The notes under the pieces: generated by a model
Seen by the model: only the letters and a program-made list of their open reading frames with translations
Told to the model about the DNA's origin: nothing
Database searches by the model: none
Shown here: piece after piece, positions 1 through 10,555 of the stretch
How positions within the stretch are numbered: position 1 is the stretch's first letter
Layout: each line of letters starts with the position of its first letter
Assembly (NCBI GenBank): GCA_963778655.1
Contig: CAVZVA010000005.1
Coordinates: 448,001 to 512,000, forward strand
Origin: an uncultured delta proteobacterium
Lineage (GTDB): Bacteria; Myxococcota_A; Polyangia; Polyangiales; JAFGIB01
Direction of reading: 5' to 3'
Length of the DNA: 64,000 nt
Translations under genes and position numbers: made by a program

Positions 1-354
1 CGCACGCCGGAGCAGGTGGTCGAGGAGCTGCGCGCGCTGGTCGGCGCGCAAGCGGTGCTCGAGCCGACCGACCTCTCGCCTGCCTGTCATCCGCACGCGA
101 CTCATCCCTACGTGCGCTGGCTCGCGCAGTGCGGGGTGACCGGTACCGCGGTCAAGCAGGCGTGGACCGACGTGGCGCGTTTCGATCAGGTGGGCGTGCC
201 CGCGGTCAACCTCGGCCCCGGGCTACAAGCGCAGGCGCACCAACCCAACGAGCACACCGAGCTGCCGCTGCTGGACGCGGGCTACCTGATCCTGCACAAG
301 TTCCTCACCGGCCTGCCGCCGCTGCCGGCACGGGTTGAGCCGTCCAAAGAATGA
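1..354 (+). CDS. dapE: M20-family peptidase, probably succinyl-diaminopimelate desuccinylase (3' part, truncated by window edge)
   Basis: Frame is open from base 1. C-terminal motif KQAWTDVARF...PAVNLGPG...AHQPNE resembles actinobacterial/myxobacterial DapE. Confidence 0.7.
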   Translation, partial: RTPEQVVEELRALVGAQAVLEPTDLSPACHPHATHPYVRWLAQCGVTGTAVKQAWTDVARFDQVGVPAVNLGPGLQAQAHQPNEHTELPLLDAGYLILHKFLTGLPPLPARVEPSKE

Positions 355-471
355 ACAGCGAGACCGGAAGGCGGGAAGGAAGGCCGAACATGCGTCTCTA
401 CGTCCCGTCTTTCCGCCCTCCTTGGAATCTCCCGGATCCGCCCCCCGATAGCTTCGTGGCCGGAAGTTAGC

Positions 472-1608
<1,137 letters not shown>

Positions 1609-1691
1609 CGGGGAGGGCGGCGTAGGGGATCGGGGACGGAGGGCGAAAACGTAGTCGTGGTCGTAGTCGACGCGCTCGCGGGGGCAGGGGC

Positions 1692-2918
1692 TCAGTCGAA
1701 GGAGTAGGAGGCCATCAAGGAGATGGGGAGCGCGTAGTGCTCGTGGCCGTCGCCGCTGTCGTGTAGGGTGAAGAACGGGGTGTCCACCCGTACCATCGCG
1801 TCCAGGCGCGAGCCGTGCAGGCGCAGGAACTCCACGCCCAGCTCGCCGAACGCCCCCATCCCGCTGCCGTCGAGCGTGAAGTAGTCGTAGCGCACCGACG
1901 AGCTCGCGGGCGCGTCGTAGCGCCGCTGCGCGCCCAGCCACAGGATGCCCACGCCGCCGCCGACGAACGGTGAGATGTCGGCCTCGTTGAGGAAGTAGCG
2001 CGCCCCGACCGAGATCCCGACCAGCGATGCATCGCCGTTGCCCGAGCTCGAGCCGCCCACCCGCAGGTCGACCCCGACCGCGTAGCGCGCCGCCTCGTAA
2101 TACACGCGCCCGAACGCGCCGAATCCGCCGTAGGTGTCGTCGGGCAGCGCGAAGCCGAGCACGCCGAGCGCGAACTTGGTCTCGCCGTACTCCTTCTGGT
2201 ACGGGCGCGTCTCTTGGCCGACCAGGCTGTGCAGCTTGGCCGTCTGCGCAAGCGGTGTGCCGTGGACCAGCGAGTCGGCGATGCGCGGCGCCGCGACGGC
2301 GACCTCCTCGATGCCGTTGAGCTGCAGCGTGCGCGCTTGCTCGCGCGTGCCGACCGGCGCCTCGTACGCGACCTCCAGCACCACGACGTAGCCCAGTGGA
2401 TGCACTCCCACCACGTACGCCGGGCTTCCGGCCGATACGCTCGCGCGGGCGACCGGCTCGGTCGCCACATCTGCGCCCGCGTCCTGCAGCGCCTGACACA
2501 CCAGCCGCGCGCTGGTCCGCGCATCCGCCACCGCGATCCCCTCATACGCCCCGAGCACGCAAGCCGCCCTGGCAGGCATGGCCGCAGGCCCGGCCGCGGT
2601 TGCAGGCGTGGTCGCGGTCGCGGTCGCGGTTGCGGTCGCAGGCGTGGTCGTGTTCGCGGTCGCAGGCGCAGGCGCAGGCGTGACCGCGGTCGCGGGCGCA
2701 GGCGGACTCGCATCATCGGTCGGGGTTGCTGGCGCAGCCACCGTCCCGGCGGCACCGGCCGGCCCAGGCGTGCTCGTGCTCGTGCCCGTCCCCCCGCTCC
2801 CCCCGGCAGGGGCCCCCTGCGCGTGCGCATGCGCTGTCCATCCCATGCACGCCGCGACCCCGTATCCCATCAACACACCTGCGACCCACATCAACCTGCC
2901 TGCCGCCCATCCTTGCAT
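1692..2918 (-). CDS. Secreted protein with Pro/Ala/Thr linker and putative C-terminal outer-membrane beta-barrel
   Basis: ATG at 2918 with GGAGG-like RBS. Signal peptide ends AHAHA-Q. PAT-rich linker, alternating amphipathic strands (GISVGARYF, PFVGGGVG) and terminal YSFD. Confidence 0.7.
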   Translation of the reverse strand: MQGWAAGRLMWVAGVLMGYGVAACMGWTAHAHAQGAPAGGSGGTGTSTSTPGPAGAAGTVAAPATPTDDASPPAPATAVTPAPAPATANTTTPATATATATATTPATAAGPAAMPARAACVLGAYEGIAVADARTSARLVCQALQDAGADVATEPVARASVSAGSPAYVVGVHPLGYVVVLEVAYEAPVGTREQARTLQLNGIEEVAVAAPRIADSLVHGTPLAQTAKLHSLVGQETRPYQKEYGETKFALGVLGFALPDDTYGGFGAFGRVYYEAARYAVGVDLRVGGSSSGNGDASLVGISVGARYFLNEADISPFVGGGVGILWLGAQRRYDAPASSSVRYDYFTLDGSGMGAFGELGVEFLRLHGSRLDAMVRVDTPFFTLHDSGDGHEHYALPISLMASYSFD

Positions 2919-3154
2919 CGTCGCCCTCCCGCCGGCCGTTTCACGCCGCTTCGCCGCGGACTCTGCAAGCCGCGAGCCAGCCGCCCCGCACAAGCTCCAC
3001 CCTGTGCTCGCACCCGCGTTCAGGCCGCCTTTCCTGCGCTTTTGCAGGGTGCGACAAGCACGCACGGGCGCAACCCGCGATCCACGCGCGCCCCGCCCGG
3101 CATGCCGACCGTGACGCGCATGCCACACCCTGTTGCTGTCCGCCGCCACCCCGC

Positions 3155-3994
3155 TCACTGCACCGCGTACAGGCAGCAGCCCAGCTGGCAGTACCACCCC
3201 GCAGGGCAGGGCAGCTCGGGCGAGCACACCTGCTGCCCCGCGTTGCAGCGGTAGCGCGGCCCGCCGCCCGAGCCCGTGCACTCCGCGGGCAGGTCCAGCA
3301 CAGTGCGGCCGGGACACAGCTCGCATGCGCCGCAATCGTTGAAGCAACTCGTGCTCTGCACGCAGCGCGGGCACGCCTGCTCGTCGTCGAGCTTCTGCAG
3401 CGAGCACGTCTCGCGCAGCTGCACCGACACCCGGCTGCCATCGGGACGTCGCACCTCACAGCAGCCGAAGCAGTCGCAGCCGTTGGGCGCGCGCGGGCTG
3501 CACGCGTCGATGCATTGCTGGCTCACGTCGCAACTGCCACAGCTTCCCTTGGCGGGCGATGCGCCGGTCAGACACTCGGTCGGATAGCGGCAGCCGTCGT
3601 CGCCGCTGCCTGCGTTGTTGTCCCAGAAGCAGTCCTGGCAGCGGCTCTGTGGCGGCGCCGGCGCGCCGGTGGCGAAGCTGCTCTCGTCGTCGTCGAACGG
3701 ATTGGTGCACTCCGGGTCGAGCCCGTCGATCAGCCCGTCGCCGTCGTTATCGTTGCCGTCGTCGCAGGCGCAAGCACGGCCGCCGCACTGCGCCCGCTGG
3801 CGCGGCCCGGCGTCGCCCGCGTCGAGCGCGCCCGCCGCGTCGCGCGCGGCGTTGCCGTCCCGGCCCGCGTCGCGCGCGCTGGAGATTCCCGCGTCCGCCA
3901 TGCCGACCGCGCTCCCGGCGCGCGCGAAGTTGGTCGTGACGTCGCTGCAGGCCAGCAGCCAGCACACCGCGATCAGCCCGCAGGCGCGTTTCAT
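3155..3994 (-). CDS. Cys-rich lipoprotein with putative Ca-binding DxDxDG motif
   Basis: Lipobox LLAC, DAG linker, CDDGNDNDGDGLIDGLDPEC, many Cys. Co-oriented downstream of the anti-sigma gene. Confidence 0.75.
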   Translation of the reverse strand: MKRACGLIAVCWLLACSDVTTNFARAGSAVGMADAGISSARDAGRDGNAARDAAGALDAGDAGPRQRAQCGGRACACDDGNDNDGDGLIDGLDPECTNPFDDDESSFATGAPAPPQSRCQDCFWDNNAGSGDDGCRYPTECLTGASPAKGSCGSCDVSQQCIDACSPRAPNGCDCFGCCEVRRPDGSRVSVQLRETCSLQKLDDEQACPRCVQSTSCFNDCGACELCPGRTVLDLPAECTGSGGGPRYRCNAGQQVCSPELPCPAGWYCQLGCCLYAVQ

Positions 3995-4103
3995 TGCGTA
4001 CCCTTCACTCACCGCAACGCGCATTCTGCAGCCAAACGCCGGCGAGCGCCCGCGCTCTGCGGCGACCACGAGCGAGCGTAGCGAGCCCCCGCAACCGGTC
4101 TCC

Positions 4104-5408
4104 TCAGCGCTCGCGGTCTAGACCCGTGCGCAGCGTCTGCAAGCGCGCGCCGGCCTCGTGCCGGAAGCGCCCGTGCGGGTAGCGCTGCAGGTAGCGTTCG
4201 AGCGCCTGCACCGCGGCCTCGCGCTGGCCGCGGTCGGCCTGCAGCCGCGCCGCTGCGAAGAGCGCGTTCTCGCCCGCGGGCAGCGAGCCGAACGCACGCG
4301 CCACCCGCAGGTACGCCTCGATCGCCGCGCCGGCGTCGCCTTCTACCAGCGCGCACTCCGCGCGCAGCGACAGCGCCTCCGCGCGCTCGACCGCGCCCGA
4401 CCCGAGCGTCAAGGCCGCGTCGATGCGCTGGCGCGCGCGCGCTACCTGCCGCGCGCCGAGCGCCTCCTGCGCCTCGCGCAACAGCTCGCCTGCGCGCCTC
4501 GCGTCGTGCGCCCGCGCCCCGCCTCGCGCCGGCGTCGCTTCCCGCGCCGCGCTTGCCGGCTCGGCCGCCAGCCCGGCGAGCTCGAAGCTCTGGCCCGCGG
4601 TGAGCGCCGCGGCCAGCTCGCGTCCGTCCGGCCCGAGCACGCGCACGCGCCCGCGCTCGACCCGCACCCCGCCCTCGGTGACCTCGAAGCGCGTGCCCAG
4701 CACCCACACCGAAAAGCCCGCCGTGCGCACCGTGAACGGCGCGTGCGCCCGCGGATCCACGTCCGCGAGCAGGCTGCCGTGCTCCAGCTGCAGGCTGTGC
4801 GCGCCCCCGTCCCAGCGCACCTCGGTGCCGGGCCGCAGCTCCACCGTGGCCTGCGCCAGCGCGACGCGCGCGCCGGCGATGGTGCGCAGCACCGCGCCCG
4901 AGGCAAGCGCGCTGCCCGTGCCCTGCGTGCGGCCGTCCAGCTCGATCTGTCCCGCGAGCACGCGATCACCACGCGCGCCAGCCGCCGCCGCAACCAACGT
5001 CGTGCTCGCGTTCGCGCCGCGCGCGACTTGCGGCGGCCGCGCCGCGACCGTGTCGCGCTTCGCGTCCGGCCGTAGCGAAAGGCCCAACCCGAGCCCCACC
5101 ACCGCCGCCGCCGCCAGCGAGCCGCCCCACACCATCAGCACGCGCGAGCGCGCCCCGGGCGCCCCCTCGTGCGCTCTGTCCGCGGCGTGCGCGAGCGCGC
5201 CCCGGATCACCTGCTCGCGCTGAAACGCGCTCAGCGTTCCGTCGGGCGATTGCGACAGCCCGCGCAGGGCGTCGAGCATGCGCGCGTCTTGGCTGCAGCG
5301 CGCGCAGCCGGCCAGGTGCTCCTCCAGCCGCAGCGCATCGGCCGCGGCCAGGCCGGCGGCGCGGCGCTCGAGTAGCAGACCTGCACGCACGCAACCCAGC
5401 CCCTTCAT
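4104..5408 (-). CDS. Anti-sigma factor: zf-HC2 + TM + FecR-like + TPR
   Basis: HLAGCARC zinc motif, TM helix, FecR-like LEHGSLLADV...FTVRT...VLGTRFEV..VERGRVRV, and C-terminal YLQRYPHGRF. Overlaps the sigma gene by 4 bp. Confidence 0.85.
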   Translation of the reverse strand: MKGLGCVRAGLLLERRAAGLAAADALRLEEHLAGCARCSQDARMLDALRGLSQSPDGTLSAFQREQVIRGALAHAADRAHEGAPGARSRVLMVWGGSLAAAAVVGLGLGLSLRPDAKRDTVAARPPQVARGANASTTLVAAAAGARGDRVLAGQIELDGRTQGTGSALASGAVLRTIAGARVALAQATVELRPGTEVRWDGGAHSLQLEHGSLLADVDPRAHAPFTVRTAGFSVWVLGTRFEVTEGGVRVERGRVRVLGPDGRELAAALTAGQSFELAGLAAEPASAAREATPARGGARAHDARRAGELLREAQEALGARQVARARQRIDAALTLGSGAVERAEALSLRAECALVEGDAGAAIEAYLRVARAFGSLPAGENALFAAARLQADRGQREAAVQALERYLQRYPHGRFRHEAGARLQTLRTGLDRER

Positions 5409-6010
5409 GGCTCACCTTCCTGCACCAGCTCGCGCAGCAGCGGATCGCGTGCCGCGCGCCGCAGCAGCTCGCGGCGCGCCCAGAACACGCGCGACTTCGT
5501 CGCGGCCACGCTCGCGCCGGTGAGCGCCGCCACCTCCTCCATCGGATGACCCTCGAACACGTGCAGCACGAACGCCACCCGTTTCTTGGCGCCGATCGCC
5601 GAGAGGTGTGCCTGCAAGCGCTGCACGCGGCGCCGCGCGTCGAGCTCGCGCTCTGCGGGCGTGCCCGGCGCTGCGCTCTCCTCCAGCCCCGGCAGCTCGC
5701 CGCGCCGGCGGTGGCCCGCGCTGCGCAGCCGCTCCATCGCGACCCGCACCGCGATCCGCGCCAGCCAGGTGCGCACCTGCGCCTCGCCGCGGAAGCGCGG
5801 AAACGCGCGGATCGCCGCGATGAACGTGCTCTGCAGCAGGTCCTCGACCTCGAGCGACGAGCCGACCACGCGGCCCAGCAGTCGCTCCAGGTACGGCCCG
5901 TGGGTCACGAACACCGCACGCAGGGCCTGTGCGTCGCCGCGCCGGCACGCCTCCACCAGATCCAGCTCCTGCTGGCGGACCTCCGACCGAATCTGGATCA
6001 GCTCGCCCAT
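5405..6010 (-). CDS. ECF RNA polymerase sigma-70 factor
   Basis: Region 2 EDLLQSTFIAAIRAFPRFRGEAQVRTWLARIA and region 4 KRVAFVLHVFEGHPMEEVAALTGASVAATKSRV. Confidence 0.9.
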   Translation of the reverse strand: MGELIQIRSEVRQQELDLVEACRRGDAQALRAVFVTHGPYLERLLGRVVGSSLEVEDLLQSTFIAAIRAFPRFRGEAQVRTWLARIAVRVAMERLRSAGHRRRGELPGLEESAAPGTPAERELDARRRVQRLQAHLSAIGAKKRVAFVLHVFEGHPMEEVAALTGASVAATKSRVFWARRELLRRAARDPLLRELVQEGEP

Positions 6011-6131
6011 GGGGTCAGTCCTCGCGGCGGGGTTCCGGTCGGCGGGCTGTGCAGGGCTCCACCCCGTATGGGCTGCGGCGCATCGTGGCTTTTTCCAATG
6101 GGAGCGCCTGTCGTGGCACCCTCGGGTAATT

Positions 6132-7292
6132 GTGTGGCCCAGGGTGGCGAGGTTGAAGGGAATTGCGACCTTCGGGCTGCTGGCGCTGGTGGGGGCCGGA
6201 CACGCCCGAGCCGATGACCGCGTGCTGCTGCTGCAGAACCCCGGCCGCCCCGATTCGGGCCTGCTTTCGGCGCTGCGCATCCAGCTTACCGGTGCGGCGG
6301 ACGCCGACAGCCGCCCCGCGCCTGCGAACGCGCGCGACACGCCGGCGCGGATCGAGGCGGCAGCCGCCCTGGCCCGCTCCGAGCACGCCTTGCTGGTGGT
6401 GTGGGTGGACGGCCCGCTCGTGCTGCCCGACGGTGCGCGCGAGGCGGTGCTGTATGTGGTCGGCCAGCGCCAGGGCCGCGCGTTGCTGGAAGTGGTGCAC
6501 GTGCCGGGCGAGCACGGGCCCGATCTCGAGCGCAGCCTGGCCCTGAAGGTACGCGAGGTGGTCGACCAGCTGCGGCAGCAAGCCGCGGCCGCGCGCCGGG
6601 CCGCGGCGGTGCAGCCGGCCGGCGCCGGCCAAGCCGCTGCTGCGGGCGCGGCCGGCGGCGCACAGCCGGCCGGCGGCGAGCCCGCAGCCGCGCTCGGCGG
6701 CGCGCTCATCGCCAGCCCCACGCCAGTCCCCGCTCCGGCCGCGCAGCGCGAGCCCGGCTCAGCACTCGGCCTCACGCTCGGCTTCGACGCCGTGGCCAGC
6801 GCGCAGGCCGGCACCGCGCTCGGCTGGTGGGGCCTGCAGGCGCACGCGGGCCCGGAGCTGCGCGCAGCGGCGTGGCGGCTCGACGCGCAGGCCGTGCTGC
6901 GCTGGCTGCCCTCGCTGCAGCTGCGGCGCGAGCAGGCCAGCGTGCGCGTCGAGCAGGTGTCGCCCGGTCTGCTGCTGCACGCGCGCATGCGCGGCGGTCC
7001 GCTGTGGATCGGGGCCTACGCCGGGGCCGCGTTCGCGCTGGTCGACGCCAGCGGCCGCGACGCCGCGGGAGACGTGGGCCGCCGCAGCCCAGTGCTGCCC
7101 GTGCTGTGCACCGGGCTCGCGCTCGAGCTGCCGGTCGCCGCGGGGCTCGGCCTCGAGCTCGGCCTGGAGCTGCGCGCCTACTTCGCGCGCCGGCGCTTTG
7201 CGGTCGACGGCGTGCCGGTGGTGGACCTCGGCCGCACGCGCCCTTCGCTGTCGCTGGGCCTGACCTACGGCTATGGACCCGAGCACAGATAA
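6132..7292 (+). CDS. Secreted protein, putative C-terminal beta-barrel (divergent from ECF sigma)
   Basis: Signal peptide ends GHARA-D. Ala/Pro linker, alternating strands, terminal LSLGLTYGY. Start uncertain (6132 or 6144). Confidence 0.6.
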   Translation: MWPRVARLKGIATFGLLALVGAGHARADDRVLLLQNPGRPDSGLLSALRIQLTGAADADSRPAPANARDTPARIEAAAALARSEHALLVVWVDGPLVLPDGAREAVLYVVGQRQGRALLEVVHVPGEHGPDLERSLALKVREVVDQLRQQAAAARRAAAVQPAGAGQAAAAGAAGGAQPAGGEPAAALGGALIASPTPVPAPAAQREPGSALGLTLGFDAVASAQAGTALGWWGLQAHAGPELRAAAWRLDAQAVLRWLPSLQLRREQASVRVEQVSPGLLLHARMRGGPLWIGAYAGAAFALVDASGRDAAGDVGRRSPVLPVLCTGLALELPVAAGLGLELGLELRAYFARRRFAVDGVPVVDLGRTRPSLSLGLTYGYGPEHR

Positions 7293-7438
7293 CCTGCTCA
7301 GCTGTGGCTCGTGGGCGGGCGCGTTCGCGGCTTTCGTCCGCGAAAGAATCCCCGAAATACATCGAGTATTCCTGTGGCTCTTTCTGCGGGCGCGCTCGCG
7401 ATCGGACTCCGCCGATAAGCCGGCCGTGATCAGGTTGT
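7289..7438. repeat. 150-bp inverted-repeat (MITE/REP-like) element with GAAATAC-N5-GTATTC core
   Basis: Ends ATAACCTGCTCA / TGATCAGGTTGT (10/12 complementary). Core GAAATACATCGAGTATTCCTG at 7354-7374. Contains the upstream gene's TAA. Confidence 0.6.
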
Positions 7439-7518
7439 TTTGTGCTTTCGGGTCCTATCCGTCGCGGTGACCCCGCCCGGTCGCGCGGCGCATGGGTGAC
7501 GCCCCGCCGGTTTGACGT

Positions 7519-9204
7519 ATGATGCGGCCGGTGCGTGGGTTTGGTGCGGGTTTGGCGCGCGGTTGCATCGCGCTGATCGGGCTGTGCGGGCTGGTGCAGC
7601 CAGCCCACGCGCAGCAAGCGCTCAGCGCCAGCCCGCTCGCCAAGCGGGCGCTGCGCATCGACGGCGACCTGCGCGACTGGCTCGGCCCGCGCTTCGCGCA
7701 GGTGGGCGACGCAGAGGGCGGCTCCTTCGACTACGCGCTCGGCTTCGATGCGCAGGCGCTGTACATCGGGGTGCGTGTACGCGACGACGACTTCGTGCGC
7801 ACGCGCCACCCAGGGCCAGCCGAGGACGCGGTGGTGCTGACGCTGGCGATGCCCCGTGCGGGTGCGGCGCCGCTGCAGAGCGCGTTGTGGCTGTACGCCG
7901 GCATCCCCGGCAAGCTCGCAGCGCAGGCCGCAATCGCCACCGGCTCCGCGCGCCCTTTGCCGAGCAAGGCGGTCAGCGTGGTCGAGGGCCCGCTGACGCG
8001 CGGCGGCGCGCGCGGCTACGTGCTCGAGGCGCGCGTGCCGTGGAGCGCGATCCCCGGTAGCGCCGAGCGCATGATCGCGCGCGGCGCGATCGCGCTGCAC
8101 GACGTCGACGGCAAGCGGGGCGCGCGCCCGACGCGGCTGTCGTCCGCGGGGCCGACGCTCGCGCCGCTGCAGCTCGGCGACGGCGGCAACGCCGCAATCG
8201 CGGCCTTCCTGCGCGAGAAGAAGCTCGCCTCGGGCGTGACCTTCGACCTGACCGGTGACCTCGCGGGTGACGCGCGCCTGGAGCGCGTGGTGCTGGCCGG
8301 CACCTATGCGGTGGTGGCCGGCCCCGACACCCAGAACGGCAAGGGCTACGGGTTTCTCGACCTGCCGGTGCCGATGGCCTCGGACGTGCTGAGCGCCGAG
8401 CTCAAGGACGTCACCGGCGACGGCAAGGCCGAGCTGCTGGTGCGCCTGCGCGAGCAGCCGGATGCGCCACGCGCTTACAGCTGGGACGGGACGCGCTTCT
8501 CGCTGCTGCCGCCGCCCGCGCCGCCGCCCGGCGCCACCGTGCCCGCCGCGGTCGCAGCGGCACGCGCAGCGCCCGAGCCCGCACCGCCGCCGGTGGCGCA
8601 CCCGGCTCCGCCCGGCGCGACCGAGCTGATCGCGGCTTTCCGCGAGGCGCGCGGCATCGACCCGGCGCTCGAGCCGCGCTTCCTGCAGCACGTCAACGTG
8701 GCCGAAGACGCGCGGCTCGAGTCACTGATGCTGTTCGGCAAGGACCTGCTGGTGATCGGCAAGGGCTACCGTGGCGGAACCGGATACTTCTACTTTGCGC
8801 TACCGGTGCGCGACGCCGCCGATATCGAGCGGCTGTTCACCGCCGACGTGACCGGCGACGGCCGGCGCGAGCTGTTCGTGCGCTTCAAGCAGGACATCGG
8901 CGACGTGCGGCGCGAGATCCTGCTCGGCTATACCTTCACCAATACGGGGATGAGCCCGATTCTCGCGGTCGAGGTGCGTCGCGAGCAAAACGGCGCGAGC
9001 GTGGGCAACGTGGTGCGCTTGCTGCACGAGCGCGGCCACTACGCGCTGCGCATCGCGCCCGGCCGCGCGCGCGGCTGGGATGCCGGCAGCTACCCGTTCG
9101 TCGCCGAGTCGAGCGACGGCTACGGGCCACTGCTGCTGCCCTGGAAAGATCGGCCGCTGCGCTACCGATTCAATGGCGAGCAGCTGGTGGGCCACGGGCA
9201 GTGA
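7519..9204 (+). CDS. Secreted protein with CBM9/DOMON-like N-domain and FG-GAP-like DxxGDG repeats
   Basis: Signal peptide (AHA-Q), IDGDLRDW...ALYIGVRVRDD...YVLEARVPW, and DLAGDAR, DVTGDGK, DVTGDGR. Confidence 0.7.
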   Translation: MMRPVRGFGAGLARGCIALIGLCGLVQPAHAQQALSASPLAKRALRIDGDLRDWLGPRFAQVGDAEGGSFDYALGFDAQALYIGVRVRDDDFVRTRHPGPAEDAVVLTLAMPRAGAAPLQSALWLYAGIPGKLAAQAAIATGSARPLPSKAVSVVEGPLTRGGARGYVLEARVPWSAIPGSAERMIARGAIALHDVDGKRGARPTRLSSAGPTLAPLQLGDGGNAAIAAFLREKKLASGVTFDLTGDLAGDARLERVVLAGTYAVVAGPDTQNGKGYGFLDLPVPMASDVLSAELKDVTGDGKAELLVRLREQPDAPRAYSWDGTRFSLLPPPAPPPGATVPAAVAAARAAPEPAPPPVAHPAPPGATELIAAFREARGIDPALEPRFLQHVNVAEDARLESLMLFGKDLLVIGKGYRGGTGYFYFALPVRDAADIERLFTADVTGDGRRELFVRFKQDIGDVRREILLGYTFTNTGMSPILAVEVRREQNGASVGNVVRLLHERGHYALRIAPGRARGWDAGSYPFVAESSDGYGPLLLPWKDRPLRYRFNGEQLVGHGQ

Positions 9205-9205
9205 C

Positions 9206-9236
9206 GCACGCGCTTGCTTTCTCGGCAAGCGCGTGC
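9206..9236 (+). terminator. Perfect 12-bp hairpin, possible terminator
   Basis: GCACGCGCTTGC-7 nt loop-GCAAGCGCGTGC right after the stop. Only a weak T tract (ATGTTT). Confidence 0.45.
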
Positions 9237-9291
9237 ATGTTTGGGCAGCGCAGCTGCAGCACCCGCGACCACCTCGCGCGCTCGTAGTCCC

Positions 9292-10410
9292 GTGAACGCC
9301 TCCCTCGACATCGACGCACAGACCCAGGCGCTGCTGGAAACATACGGCTTCGACCGTGCGCTGTTCGAGCGCCTGCGCGCACACTTGCGCGCGGGCGAGC
9401 TCGACGCCGGCGCCAACCGCGTGCGCGGGCGGCTCGAGCCGCCGGCGGCGGGCGATGTCCGGCTCCTGCCCGACAGCGGCAGCCAGCAGCGCCAGGCGCT
9501 GGCGCAGCGGGGCGAGGCGGCGCTGCGCGCAGGCCAGGTCGGCTGCGTCGTTCTGGCCGGCGGGATGGCCACGCGCTTCGGCGGCGTGGTCAAGGCCGCG
9601 GTGCCCGCGTTACCGGGCCGCAGCTTCCTCTCGCTCAAGCTCGCCGACTTCCGTCGCGTCGCGCGCGCGGCCGGCGTGCGCATCCCCGTGTTCGTGATGT
9701 CGAGCTTTGCCACCCACGCTGCGCTGCTCGAGCTGATCGAGACCGAGCGTTGCGACGAGCTGGCGCTCGAAGTGTTTCCGCAGCTGATCTCGCTGCGGCT
9801 CGCGCTCGACGGTGGGCTGTTTCGCGAGGACGGCAAGCTTTCGCCCTACGCGCCCGGTCACGGCGATCTCAGCTTCGCGTTGCGCCGCAGTGGCGCGCTG
9901 CAGCGCTTCCTGGCGGGCGGCGGCCGCCTGCTCGCCACCTCCAACGTCGACAACCTCGGCGCCACGCTCGAGCCCGCGGTGCTAGGCGCGCACCTGCAGA
10001 GCGGCGCCGAGATGACCGCCGAGGTCGCGGCGCGCGGCAGGGGCGAGCTGGGCGGCGCGCCGGCCCGGCTCGACGGCCGGCTGCAGATCATCGAGGACTT
10101 CCGCTTCCCGCCCGAGGTCGAGCTCGGCCGCTTCCCCTATTTCAACACCAACACCTTCGTGCTCGACGCGCGCGCGCTCGACCGGGACTTCGCGCTGACC
10201 TGGTTCGTGGTGCGCAAGCGCGTCGGTGGCCAAGAGGCGATCCAGTTCGAGCACCTGGTCGGCGAGCTGTCGGCGTTCCTGAGCTGCAGCTGCGTGGAAG
10301 TGGCACGCGATGGGCGGGACGGACGCTTCCAGCCGGCCAAGGATCCGGAGGAGCTGGAGCGGAGACGGCCAGAGATCGAAAAGATCTTGAGGGCGCGCGG
10401 GGTGATCTGA
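9292..10410 (+). CDS. UDPGP-family UTP--hexose-1-phosphate uridylyltransferase
   Basis: LAGGMATRFG, PGHGD, SNVDNLGA, FNTN. GTG start inferred. Confidence 0.85.
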   Translation: MNASLDIDAQTQALLETYGFDRALFERLRAHLRAGELDAGANRVRGRLEPPAAGDVRLLPDSGSQQRQALAQRGEAALRAGQVGCVVLAGGMATRFGGVVKAAVPALPGRSFLSLKLADFRRVARAAGVRIPVFVMSSFATHAALLELIETERCDELALEVFPQLISLRLALDGGLFREDGKLSPYAPGHGDLSFALRRSGALQRFLAGGGRLLATSNVDNLGATLEPAVLGAHLQSGAEMTAEVAARGRGELGGAPARLDGRLQIIEDFRFPPEVELGRFPYFNTNTFVLDARALDRDFALTWFVVRKRVGGQEAIQFEHLVGELSAFLSCSCVEVARDGRDGRFQPAKDPEELERRRPEIEKILRARGVI

Positions 10411-10555
10411 GGAGTGGGGCAGGGCCGGAGGGCGCGAGCACGAGGACGAACGGGAACGCGGGTGCCGCGGGAGCACCAACAATCCTTCCCGTCTTCCGTT
10501 GATCCTCCAGACCGCCTGGCCCAGACGCAGACGCCACCTGATAGGCTGTCGCGCG

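Noticed and set aside
1645..1672. GTAGTCGTGGTCGTAGTC short repeat between convergent genes
   Set aside because: Only three hexamer units and no second copy noticed in the window.
2590..2700. GCGGTC/GCAGGC hexamer runs
   Set aside because: Encode the Ala-Thr/Ala-Pro linker of the 1692-2918 protein.
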